The notes under the pieces: generated by a model
Databases searched by the model: none
What the model was told of the DNA's origin: nothing
Seen by the model: the letters and a program-made list of their open reading frames with translations, nothing else
Translations under genes and position numbers: made by a program
Assembly (NCBI GenBank): GCA_041497675.1
Contig: JBGQGY010000012.1
Coordinates: forward strand, 1-46,457
Direction of reading: 5' to 3'
Origin: a bacterium
GTDB lineage: Bacteria > Sysuimicrobiota > Sysuimicrobiia > Sysuimicrobiales > Humicultoraceae
DNA: 46,457 bases
Shown here: positions 35,195 to 44,206 of the stretch, in pieces
Layout of the letters: each line of letters begins with the position of its first letter
How positions within the stretch are numbered: position 1 is the stretch's first letter

Positions 35195-37479
35195 GCGGCG
35201 ATCTGCAGCGCCTGCTGACCGGGGGCGGGACGTTTGTGGACGATATCCGTCTTCCCGGGATGCTGTACGCGGTATTTGCGCGCAGCCCGCACGCGCACGC
35301 CCGCATCATCGGCATCGACTCCCGCGAGGCCCTCACCGCGCCCGGTGTCGTCGCGGCGATCACGGCGCACGACCTTGGATCGTTGAACGGGCCGCTCCCG
35401 GTGCGGTTTGTGCACCCGGGGCTGCGCCGCCCGCAGATGCCTCGCCTGCTCGCTGATGCGACCGTGCGTCACGTAGGAGAGCCGGTGGCCCTCGTGCTCG
35501 CGGACGGCCGGTACGAGGCGGCGGATGCGGCCGCCGTGCTGGGTGTCGACTACGAGCCACTCGCGGTCGCCGCGACGGTGGAGCAGGCTAGGAGCCCCGG
35601 CGCGCCGTTGGTGCACGACGAGGCGCCCGGCAACGTGGCCGGGATCTATCGCTGGCGGGTCGGCAATCCCGACGACGCGTTCCTGAACGCGCCCGTCCGC
35701 CTGTCCGTCAAGTTGCAGATCAGCAGGGGCGCGGCGGTTCCCATCGAGACGCGCGGCTGTGTCGCGTCTTACGACCCGGCGACCAACACGCTCACGATGT
35801 GGGCCTCAACGCAGAGCCCACACTATCTGCAACGCATCATCGCCAGACGGCTGGGGCTACCGGAGCGCCTCGTGCGGGTCATTGCCCCCGACGTCGGTGG
35901 CGCATTCGGCGTGAAAGGCGGCGCGCCGCGCGAATACGTGCTGATCGCGTGCCTGGCCGTGCGCACGGGGCGGCCGGTCAAGTGGGTCGAAGGGCGGCAG
36001 GAGAACTTTGTCGCCTGCCAGCAGGACCGCGAGCAGACGCACCACGTCGATGTGGCGGCGACGCGCGACGGACGGCTGCTGGCCTTCCGCGATCGCTTCG
36101 CGATCGACATCGGTGCGTATGCCCTGTACGGTTCGTTGATCGGCTTTCACACGACCGCGCACCTCATCGGGCCCTACCGCCTGGCCAGCCTCGACGTGCA
36201 GTTTGAGGCCGTCCACACGCATCGCGTGCCGACCGGCGCGTATCGCGGGGCGGGGCGCCCCCAGGGGACGTTCGTGATCGAACGCGCGGTGGATCAGCTG
36301 GCACACGTGGTCGATCTCGATCCCGCAACCGTAAGGGAGCGAAACCTGATCCCGCCGTCGGCGATGCCGTGGCGCACCGGTCTGCGGCAGCCGGACGGCC
36401 GGTTGGTGGAGTATGACAGCGGCGACTACCCGCGCGTGCTCGAGGTCGCGCTCGACCGCTTCGGGTACGCGTCGTGGCGCGCCGAGCAGCGGCGCCGGCG
36501 GTTGCAGGCCACCGAACCGCTGTTGGGTCTTGGGCTCGCGATGTACGTGCAGGAGACTGCCGCCCACGGCTCCGAGACCGTGACACTGCGGATGGAGCCA
36601 ACCGGCCGCGTCGTGATGACCGCCGGGCCACCATCACAGGGCCAGCGACTGGTGCCGGTGCTGTCGCGCGTGATCGGTCGCGAACTGGCCATTCCCGCCG
36701 GATGGGTCGATATCGCGACCGGTGATACGGCGGCGATGCCGGAGAGTTTCGGCACGCACGGCAGCCGTGTGGCCACCGTCATCGGCAACGCGGCGACCCA
36801 GGCCGCGCGCGATCTGGCGGCCCGCCTGCGCGCGCTGGCGGCGGAGGCGATCGCCTGCCGTCCCGATGACATCGTGCTGCGCGATGGGCGCACGGTGCGA
36901 CGCGACGATCCCCGCACGGGTTTCGGCTACGCGGAGTTGCTCGAGCGGCTGGCACGAACCGGAGCGTCCGGCAGCCTCGAGGTGAGCGCGGGCTTTGAAC
37001 CCGAGGGCGCCGCCTGGTCCAGCGGCGCGCACCTCGTGGCGCTCGAGATCGATCGGGACACCGGAGACGTCCGTCTGCTCCGGTACCTGGTCGTCCATGA
37101 CTCGGGGGCCGTGCTCGATGAAGACGCGGTCCGTGGACAGATTCTTGGCGGTCTCGCTCAGGGTCTCGGAGGCTCGCTCTACGAACGCCTGATCTGGGAC
37201 GAGGCGGCGCAGCCGATTGTCACGACGCTCGCAGATTACGCGGTGCCGCGGGCGGCACAACTACCCCCGGTTGAGATCATCCGCATCGAGACGCCCTCGC
37301 CGCACAACCCTTTGGGACTCAAGGGCGCCGGCGAGAGCGGGTGCATGGCGGCCTACGCGGCGTTAGCGTCGGCCGTCGAGGATGCGCTCGACACCGCCCG
37401 TCCTTCCGTGACGACCCTACCGCTGCCCTCGCCGCAGATCTGGGCGCTGATGCAATCATCGCCACAAAGGAGGTCGTGA
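35191..37479 (+). CDS. xanthine oxidase family molybdopterin-binding large subunit 2 (CoxL form II-like)
   Basis: RLLTG.G.FVDD, RSPHAHA, ETRG, STQ.PH, DVGGAFGVK, AYRGAGRP, YDSGDY, GG.AQG.G, NPLGLKGAGESG. Confidence 0.9.
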   Translation: MSGDLQRLLTGGGTFVDDIRLPGMLYAVFARSPHAHARIIGIDSREALTAPGVVAAITAHDLGSLNGPLPVRFVHPGLRRPQMPRLLADATVRHVGEPVALVLADGRYEAADAAAVLGVDYEPLAVAATVEQARSPGAPLVHDEAPGNVAGIYRWRVGNPDDAFLNAPVRLSVKLQISRGAAVPIETRGCVASYDPATNTLTMWASTQSPHYLQRIIARRLGLPERLVRVIAPDVGGAFGVKGGAPREYVLIACLAVRTGRPVKWVEGRQENFVACQQDREQTHHVDVAATRDGRLLAFRDRFAIDIGAYALYGSLIGFHTTAHLIGPYRLASLDVQFEAVHTHRVPTGAYRGAGRPQGTFVIERAVDQLAHVVDLDPATVRERNLIPPSAMPWRTGLRQPDGRLVEYDSGDYPRVLEVALDRFGYASWRAEQRRRRLQATEPLLGLGLAMYVQETAAHGSETVTLRMEPTGRVVMTAGPPSQGQRLVPVLSRVIGRELAIPAGWVDIATGDTAAMPESFGTHGSRVATVIGNAATQAARDLAARLRALAAEAIACRPDDIVLRDGRTVRRDDPRTGFGYAELLERLARTGASGSLEVSAGFEPEGAAWSSGAHLVALEIDRDTGDVRLLRYLVVHDSGAVLDEDAVRGQILGGLAQGLGGSLYERLIWDEAAQPIVTTLADYAVPRAAQLPPVEIIRIETPSPHNPLGLKGAGESGCMAAYAALASAVEDALDTARPSVTTLPLPSPQIWALMQSSPQRRS

Positions 37480-37481
37480 AA

Positions 37482-38723
37482 ATGGCCCAAACGCTGCAAC
37501 CGGTGCGTGCCGGGCGACGCCGCTGGCCGGAGGGCATCGACGTCAAAGTCTGGCACCGCTACTGTGGGAGCGAGTTTGGCATCGAAGAGGTGCAGGCGCT
37601 CCTCGATGTCCTCCAACAAGAGTTTCTCACCAACGGGCCGCAGACCCTGGCGTTTCAAGAAGAGTTCGCCGACTTCTGCGGTGTGCCGCACGCGTTCGCG
37701 ACGTCCAGTTGCACGACGGCGCTGGCGCTCGGCGCGCAGTTATGCGGGCTGGGCCCCGGCGACGAAGTGGTCACGACGCCGCTGACGTTCATCTCCACGA
37801 GCCAGGCCGTGCTCGCCTGCGGGGCGACACCGATCTTCGCCGACGTGGACCCGCTGACGTTCAACATCGACCCGGCCAGCGTCGCCGAGAAGATCACGCT
37901 TCGAACCAAAGCGATTTTCGTCGTCCACCTGAACGGCCAATGCTGCGATATGGATCGGATCAACGCGATCGCGTCTTCCCGCGACCTGCGCGTCGTGGCC
38001 GACGCGGCGCACGTGGTGGGCGCCACGTACAAGGGCCGGCCGTCAGGCTCGCTGGGCGACGCGGCGGCGTTCAGCTTTCACTCGAGCAAGAACATGACCA
38101 CGCTCGGCGAGGGCGGCATGCTGACGACGCCGCGCGACGATTGGGCCGCAAAGGTGCCGCCCCTGCGGTCGATGGGCGTGATGCACACGCTCGACGAGCC
38201 GCGTCCAGATCCTCTCGACTACTGGCTGCCGCTCCCCTACGAGGTGGACGACCCCGACGGGTACATCCCTGACAACTATCGGATGAGCGAAGCGCAGGCG
38301 GCGGTCGGCCGCGTGCAGCTGCGCAAGGTGGCGCGTCCGAACGCGAGGCGGAGAGCCATCGCCCACCGATACACCGAGGCCCTGCAGAATCTCGACGGGA
38401 TCGTGCCGCCGTATGAGGACCCCAACGGGCAGCACGTCTACTACCTCTACAGCCTGCTGGTGGACGAAGTGGTAGCCGGAGTGTCGCGCGACGACCTGAT
38501 GCGCACGCTGTTCCGCGACTTCGGCGTCCAGACGATTACGGGATATCCGCCTGCCTACTGGTTCAAGACCTATCGCAAGCGCGGGTACAGTCGCGGGCTC
38601 TGCCCGGTGGCTGAGCGTGTCTATGGTCAGATCATGACGCTGCCGCTGAACCCGCGGATGACCGACGACGAGGTCGACTATGTCATCGAGAGTACGCGGA
38701 AAGCCGTCACCAAACTCCGGTAA
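37482..38723 (+). CDS. DegT/DnrJ/EryC1/StrS family PLP aminotransferase
   Basis: SSCTTAL, GDEVVTTP.TF, DAAH, FSFHSSKNMTTLGEGG, NYRMSE.QAA, LPL.P; SD AGGAGG. Confidence 0.9.
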   Translation: MAQTLQPVRAGRRRWPEGIDVKVWHRYCGSEFGIEEVQALLDVLQQEFLTNGPQTLAFQEEFADFCGVPHAFATSSCTTALALGAQLCGLGPGDEVVTTPLTFISTSQAVLACGATPIFADVDPLTFNIDPASVAEKITLRTKAIFVVHLNGQCCDMDRINAIASSRDLRVVADAAHVVGATYKGRPSGSLGDAAAFSFHSSKNMTTLGEGGMLTTPRDDWAAKVPPLRSMGVMHTLDEPRPDPLDYWLPLPYEVDDPDGYIPDNYRMSEAQAAVGRVQLRKVARPNARRRAIAHRYTEALQNLDGIVPPYEDPNGQHVYYLYSLLVDEVVAGVSRDDLMRTLFRDFGVQTITGYPPAYWFKTYRKRGYSRGLCPVAERVYGQIMTLPLNPRMTDDEVDYVIESTRKAVTKLR

Positions 38724-38741
38724 CACGACGCCGGTGGCGCT

Positions 38742-39725
38742 ATGAGGCCGGGCAAGGTCACGCCCGCGGCACTGCGGGGGCGGATCTTCCCGCACCTGGG
38801 CCGCCGCGCCGATGTGCTCGTCCACGCCACGGTCGGTCAAGACTGCGCGGTGCTGGACTTCGGACCGACCGTGTGCGTCGCCACGTGCGACCCGATCACC
38901 GGGGCGGGCGAGCACGTGGGGCGCCTCGCCGTACACATTGCCTGCAACGACCTGGCCACGACGGGGGCCGAACCGGTTGGGTTGCTGCTCACGCTGCTGC
39001 TGGCGGAGGAGACGGCGGAAGCCGACCTGGACCGCATCATGCGGGAGGCCGGTGAAGCCGCCCAACGCGTCGGCGTCGAGATCGTCGGCGGACACACGGA
39101 GGTGACGGCGGGGATCCACCGATCGATCGTCGTCACCGCAGCCATCGGCCGCGCACCGAAGGACGCGTACGTGTCTGCCGCCGGCGGCCGGCCCGGCCAC
39201 GCGCTCGTGCTGACCAAGGGGGCCGGCATCGAAGGCACCGCGATCCTGGCCGCCGATCTGGCCGACCGTCTGCGCCCGACCGTGGACGACGCCACGCTGA
39301 CCCGGGCGCGGGCGTTCATCGACCGGATCAGCGTCGTTCCCGAAGGGCGGATCGGCGCACGGTGCGGCGCGACGGCGATGCACGATGTCACCGAAGGCGG
39401 CGTGGTGACGGGCGTGTGGGAACTGGCAGAGGCGTCCGGTTGTGGCGTCCATCTCGACGCGGACGCCGTGCCGGTCGCGCCGGAGACGCACTCGATCTGC
39501 GCGGTGCTTGGCGTGGACCCGCTGGCACTGATCAGCAGCGGGGCGATGCTCATCGCCACACCCGATCCCGGCCCGCTACAGGCCGAACTCCGGCAGGCGG
39601 GAATTCCTTCAGCGGTGATCGGCGCGCTGACGAACGGCGAGCGGGTCATGGTCCGGCAGGGCCGGACGTCGGCGTTGGTCCCACCCGATCGCGACGAGCT
39701 CTGGAGAGTGTTGGAAGGCGGTTGA
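38742..39725 (+). CDS. AIR synthase family protein (HypE/ThiL/PurM-like)
   Basis: GK, GQDCA, DPITG, NDLAT.GA.P, GGHTE, TKG.GIEGT, AMHDVTEGG, ISSG, DELW. Confidence 0.88.
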   Translation: MRPGKVTPAALRGRIFPHLGRRADVLVHATVGQDCAVLDFGPTVCVATCDPITGAGEHVGRLAVHIACNDLATTGAEPVGLLLTLLLAEETAEADLDRIMREAGEAAQRVGVEIVGGHTEVTAGIHRSIVVTAAIGRAPKDAYVSAAGGRPGHALVLTKGAGIEGTAILAADLADRLRPTVDDATLTRARAFIDRISVVPEGRIGARCGATAMHDVTEGGVVTGVWELAEASGCGVHLDADAVPVAPETHSICAVLGVDPLALISSGAMLIATPDPGPLQAELRQAGIPSAVIGALTNGERVMVRQGRTSALVPPDRDELWRVLEGG

Positions 39726-39781
39726 ACGATACGAGCCCGGCAGGTATCCTGGTGGATATCCGTCGATACGGAGGCAGGCCA

Positions 39782-41353
39782 ATGAGCAGAGGCATCGCAA
39801 GTCGTGTGCTGGTGCACGTGATCGCCCTGGTCCTCGTGCTGACCGCACTCGCGCCGGTGTCCGCGCAGCAGACCCAGCCGCAGCCACGGAAAGGCGGCGT
39901 GTTGCGTATCGCGCACATCGGTGAGCCGCCCACGATGGACTGGCACTGGTCGTCCGGCGCCATCGTGTCGCACATCCTCAACAACCTCTACGAGGCCCCG
40001 GTGGCGATGGACAGCAAGTTCCAGGTCCATCCCATGCTCGCCGAGAAGGTCGACCTGAGCGGGGACCGGCTGACCTACACGTTCCATCTCCGCAAGGGCG
40101 TCCGGTTCCACAACGGCAAGGAGATGACCAGCGAGGACGTGCGTGCATCGCTCGACCGCTGGGGGCGCGTCAACTTCAGGGGCCGCATCGTGTTTGCCAA
40201 TGTCGCCACGCTGACAAGCCCCGACGGCTCAACCGTTGTGATGAAGCTCAAAGAGCCCTACGCGCTGCTGCTGCAGGACATCGGCTCGTTCCAGTCACCG
40301 GCCGCGGTCTACCCCAAAGAAGTGGTTGACGAAGCCGGCGCGACGGGTCCTATCCGGCAGTTCATCGGCACCGGTCCCTACAAGCTGGTCGAGCGGATCC
40401 CCGACCGGCACATCCGGTTGGATCGTTTTGATCAGTACGCCAGCCGCACCGAGCCGGCGGAAGGCAACACCGGCCGCAAGAACGCCTACTTCGACTCGAT
40501 CTACTTCGTCCCGATCCCCGACGTCGCCGTCCGGATCGCCGGCGTGCGGCGCGGTGAGTACCAGTTTGCCGAACAGATTCCCAGCGACCAGTACGATCAG
40601 CTCCGCGCCGATCCGAACCTGACCCCGTACGTGGCGACGCTGCCGTTTTGGAACGCCGCGATCTTCAACAATCGCCAGGGTTTGATGGCGAACAAGAAGA
40701 TCCGCCAGGCGTTCCTGGCCGCGCTCGACGACCAGCCGGTCATGCGCGCCGCGTTTGGCCCGCAGCAGTTCTGGCGCCTGGACGCCGGCATCATGCCAAA
40801 AGAACACCCGATGTACACGGATTCCGGCAGGGAGTTCTACAATCAGAAGAATCCCGACAAGGCCCGGCAGCTGCTGGCCGAGTCGGGCTACAACAAGGAG
40901 CCCATCCGGTGGATGACCACCACCGAGTTCCCGCACCAGGCGGTCTCGGCGCAGGTCGTCAAGCCGATGCTCGAGCGCGTGGGCTTTGTCGTCGATCTGC
41001 AGGTCACGGACTGGGCCACGGTGGTCGGCCGGCGTGTGCGGCCCGAGCTCTGGGAGGTGTTCAGCACGCAAATCGCCTTCTTCCCCGACCCGGTGTTTCA
41101 GGTGCCGCTGCAGTTCACGTGGCCGGGCTGGTGGAGCGACCGCGACGGGATGGCGATGATGGAGTTGCTGCGCCGCCACACCAACCCGCAGACGCGTCTG
41201 GAGATCTGGAAGCGGCTGCAAAAGACCTGGTATGAGGACGCGGGGTCGATAAAGTTCGGAGACTATTTCGAGATGCACCTGCACCGGAAAGAGCTCAAAG
41301 GATTCGTCGAAAACCCCACCCACACGTGGTGGAACGCCTGGCTCGATCGCTAG
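39782..41353 (+). CDS. family 5 ABC substrate-binding protein (orphan)
   Basis: Signal peptide, P.KGG.LR, PMLAE, F.LR.GV.FHNG...T.EDV.AS, IGTGPY, IRQA, A..LL.E.GY. Confidence 0.9.
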   Translation: MSRGIASRVLVHVIALVLVLTALAPVSAQQTQPQPRKGGVLRIAHIGEPPTMDWHWSSGAIVSHILNNLYEAPVAMDSKFQVHPMLAEKVDLSGDRLTYTFHLRKGVRFHNGKEMTSEDVRASLDRWGRVNFRGRIVFANVATLTSPDGSTVVMKLKEPYALLLQDIGSFQSPAAVYPKEVVDEAGATGPIRQFIGTGPYKLVERIPDRHIRLDRFDQYASRTEPAEGNTGRKNAYFDSIYFVPIPDVAVRIAGVRRGEYQFAEQIPSDQYDQLRADPNLTPYVATLPFWNAAIFNNRQGLMANKKIRQAFLAALDDQPVMRAAFGPQQFWRLDAGIMPKEHPMYTDSGREFYNQKNPDKARQLLAESGYNKEPIRWMTTTEFPHQAVSAQVVKPMLERVGFVVDLQVTDWATVVGRRVRPELWEVFSTQIAFFPDPVFQVPLQFTWPGWWSDRDGMAMMELLRRHTNPQTRLEIWKRLQKTWYEDAGSIKFGDYFEMHLHRKELKGFVENPTHTWWNAWLDR

Positions 41354-41389
41354 TTCGCTCCCCTTCGAATGTTGACGGAGGATTTGAAC

Positions 41390-42466
41390 ATGCGAACGCT
41401 TCGGATCGGCGCGACGGCAGCGCTCGTGGCGGCGCTCCTCTTCGGGGGGCTGGTGCCTGCCGGACGGGGGGCGCCCGGCCGGCGGTTGGTCGTCTACAGC
41501 GCCGCGCCGCTGGACTTTGCCGAAGCCCTGAAGCGCGACTTCGAGGCGCAAACCCCCGGAGTGACGGTGGAGATACTGGCCGGTCTGGGGGCCGAGGCCA
41601 TGATGGCCAGGCTCGAGGCCGAGCGCGCCAGCCCGCGTGCCGACATCATGCACTCCGGTGCCGTGTTCGAATTCATCGACGCGACCAAAAAGGGTCTGCT
41701 GGCGCCGACCCAGCCGCGCGAGATCGCCGGGGTCTTTCCTGCCAGCCTGTTCCTCGGCGGATCGAAGATCCCGCTTTTTGACGCCCAAGGACGCTGGTAC
41801 GTCTGGGGTTTCTCGCTTGGCGTCATCGGCTACAACCGCGATCGTCTGACGGCGCTGCGGCTCCCAGTGCCAAAGACCTGGTCCGATCTGGCGAATCCCG
41901 TGTATCGGGGGCAGGTCGTCTTCAACATGCCGCAGCTCTCGTCATCGGCCTTCAACACCATCGTCGCGCTTTATCAAATCATGGGTCCACGCGCCGTCTG
42001 GGCCTATTGGGATCGCGCCAACGAGAACATAACCTTCTACTCGCGATCCACCTCGGCGCTCTATACACTGGTCGCCCGTGGTGAGGTGCCGATCAGTTTT
42101 GGTGTCGCGCGACCCTACTATGAAGGACAGTCTCGCGGGGTAGCGGTCGAGGTGGTGTATCCGACGGAGGGTGCGTGGGTGTTTGCCACGGCCGTCGGCA
42201 TGGTCAACGGCGCGCCCAACCCCGAGCTGGCCAAGGAGTTCATGAAGTTCATCCTGTCGCCCGCGGGTCAGATTCAGGCTGCCAACCAGTTCCAGAACCC
42301 CATCCGGGCGGGCATCCGTCCATCCACACATTCGATCGACCTCTCTATCGACGCCGTGCTGCGCAGCGTGCCGAAGATCGTCGTCGTGGACCTCGAACTG
42401 GCCGAGCAGGTGCGTACCGAAGTCATGCGCCGGTTTGATGCCTACACCACCGGTCGGGCGCGCTGA
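41390..42466 (+). CDS. AfuA/thiamine/polyamine-type ABC substrate-binding protein (orphan)
   Basis: SD GGAGG, signal peptide, LVVYS, RLEAE...P.AD, PKTW.DL..P.Y.G, GE..I, P.EG, ELAK.F..F.LS..GQ. Confidence 0.85.
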   Translation: MRTLRIGATAALVAALLFGGLVPAGRGAPGRRLVVYSAAPLDFAEALKRDFEAQTPGVTVEILAGLGAEAMMARLEAERASPRADIMHSGAVFEFIDATKKGLLAPTQPREIAGVFPASLFLGGSKIPLFDAQGRWYVWGFSLGVIGYNRDRLTALRLPVPKTWSDLANPVYRGQVVFNMPQLSSSAFNTIVALYQIMGPRAVWAYWDRANENITFYSRSTSALYTLVARGEVPISFGVARPYYEGQSRGVAVEVVYPTEGAWVFATAVGMVNGAPNPELAKEFMKFILSPAGQIQAANQFQNPIRAGIRPSTHSIDLSIDAVLRSVPKIVVVDLELAEQVRTEVMRRFDAYTTGRAR

Positions 42467-42480
42467 CGCGACCGGTCGTC

Positions 42481-42510
42481 TTGCGTCTTCGCCCGATGGG
42501 CACGTATAAT
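42481..42510 (+). promoter_or_regulatory. sigma70-type promoter
   Basis: TTGCGT, 18 nt, TATAAT. Confidence 0.65.
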
Positions 42511-42653
42511 TCGAGAGAGGCGAACAGGACTGCCACCGAGGACCACTTGAGACGCTGCACTTCTCTGTCGCCGGACGACGCCACGAGATGATTGTTGCCA
42601 AGGGGAGCCCACGGGTTCCCCTTCATGCTTCCACGCCCCCCGGAGGGAGTCGC

Positions 42654-44195
42654 GTGGCACCTCGGCAGATCGGGATCACCGACAACCTGGACCTCCTGCT
42701 CGGCGTCCTCCCGCCGCATCTTCGCGCTGCGTTGGAGCGCCGCGACCCCGACGAACTGCTCGAAGTGATCGTGGACCTGGGCCGCAAGCCCGAGGGGCGC
42801 TTCCCCAATGAGTCGGTTGCACTCGACGATGCCTTTGTGGACCGCGACACCCTGCGGCACATCACCGAGCGCGTCGGGACGTTCGGCAAGGACAACCGGG
42901 CGGGCATCGAGCGCACCCTGCACCGGATCAGCGCGATCCGCAACCGGCGGGGCGATATCATCGGGCTGACGCTGCGCGTGGGTCGGGCCGTGATCGGCAC
43001 CGTGGATATCGTCCGCGACGTCATCGAGTCCGGGCGATCGATCTTGTTGCTGGGACGGCCGGGCGTCGGCAAGACGACGCTGCTCCGCGAAGCCGCCAGG
43101 GTGCTCGCCGACGAGTTGCGCAAGCGCGTCGTCGTCGTCGACACGTCGAACGAGATTGCCGGCGACGGCGACATCCCACACCCCGGGATCGGCGCCGCCC
43201 GGCGCATGCAGGTGCCCGTGCCGACGCTGCAGCACGCCGTGATGATCGAGGCGGTCGAGAACCACATGCCCGAGGTCATCGTGATCGACGAGATCGGGAC
43301 CGAAGCCGAGTCGCTGGCCGCGCGGACCATCGCCGAGCGCGGCGTCCAGTTGATCGCCACGGCCCACGGCAACACGCTGGATAATCTCTTGCAAAACCCG
43401 ACGCTGATGGATCTGGTGGGCGGGATCCAGGCCGTGACGCTCTCCGACGAGGAAGCGCGGCGCCGCGGCACGCAAAAGACCGTGCTCGAGCGCAAGCAGC
43501 CGCCGACGTTCGACGTCGTGATCGAGATTCAGGACAAGGATAAACTCGCCGTCCATCATGAAGTCGCGAAGGTCGTGGACCGTTACCTGCGGGGGGTCGC
43601 GCCGCGTCCCGAGCTGCGCATGCGCACCGAAGGCGGCGACGTGGAGATCTCGGCGCCTGCCACGGCGACAACGCCGCGCTGGGCGCCCGAAGGCCCCTTT
43701 GTCCCCGAGCCGCCGGACGACCAGTCGCGGCCGGGCCGGCGGGTGCTACGCATCTTCCCGTTCGCCGTCAGCCGCAACCGGCTCGAGCGTGCCATCCGTG
43801 AGCTGCAGGTGCCCGCGTACATCTCCGAGACCTTGGGCGAGGCCGATCTCGTCCTGACCCTCAAGTCTCAGGAGAAACGTCAGCCCAGACGGTTGAAGGA
43901 CGCCGCCGAGCGGGGCATGCCGGTCCACGTGCTGCGAAGCAACACCGGCACGCAGATCCAGCAGTTTCTCCGGAGCATCTTTGAAGTCGAAGAGGAACCG
44001 GCCGAAGACGAGAGCGCCCTCTCCGCAGTGGAGGAGGCGATCAGCGAGGTCTTCGAGTCGGCGCAACCGGTCGAACTGGAGCCCCAAAACTCCTACGTCC
44101 GCCGACTGCAGCATCAACTGGTGCAGCGCTTCGGCCTCGCGTCCGAGAGCAAGGGCGACGAGCCGTTTCGCCGCGTCGTCATCTATCCGAAGTAG
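42654..44195 (+). CDS. Ycf45/SpoIIIAA-like AAA ATPase with C-terminal R3H domain
   Basis: SD GGAGGGAG then GTG; DNRAGIERTLHRIS, GRPGVGKTT, VDTSNEIAGDGD.PH, IDEIG, RRLQH (R3H). Confidence 0.9.
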   Translation: MAPRQIGITDNLDLLLGVLPPHLRAALERRDPDELLEVIVDLGRKPEGRFPNESVALDDAFVDRDTLRHITERVGTFGKDNRAGIERTLHRISAIRNRRGDIIGLTLRVGRAVIGTVDIVRDVIESGRSILLLGRPGVGKTTLLREAARVLADELRKRVVVVDTSNEIAGDGDIPHPGIGAARRMQVPVPTLQHAVMIEAVENHMPEVIVIDEIGTEAESLAARTIAERGVQLIATAHGNTLDNLLQNPTLMDLVGGIQAVTLSDEEARRRGTQKTVLERKQPPTFDVVIEIQDKDKLAVHHEVAKVVDRYLRGVAPRPELRMRTEGGDVEISAPATATTPRWAPEGPFVPEPPDDQSRPGRRVLRIFPFAVSRNRLERAIRELQVPAYISETLGEADLVLTLKSQEKRQPRRLKDAAERGMPVHVLRSNTGTQIQQFLRSIFEVEEEPAEDESALSAVEEAISEVFESAQPVELEPQNSYVRRLQHQLVQRFGLASESKGDEPFRRVVIYPK

Positions 44196-44206
44196 TCGAA
44201 CCGGCC

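Noticed and set aside
35191..37479. Aerobic CO dehydrogenase (form I CoxL)
   Set aside because: The active-site loop is AYRGAGR rather than AYxCSFR, and no coxM or accessory cox genes are present.
42654..44195. Sporulation gene spoIIIAA
   Set aside because: The R3H fusion and lack of spoIIIAB-AH indicate the Ycf45-like family.
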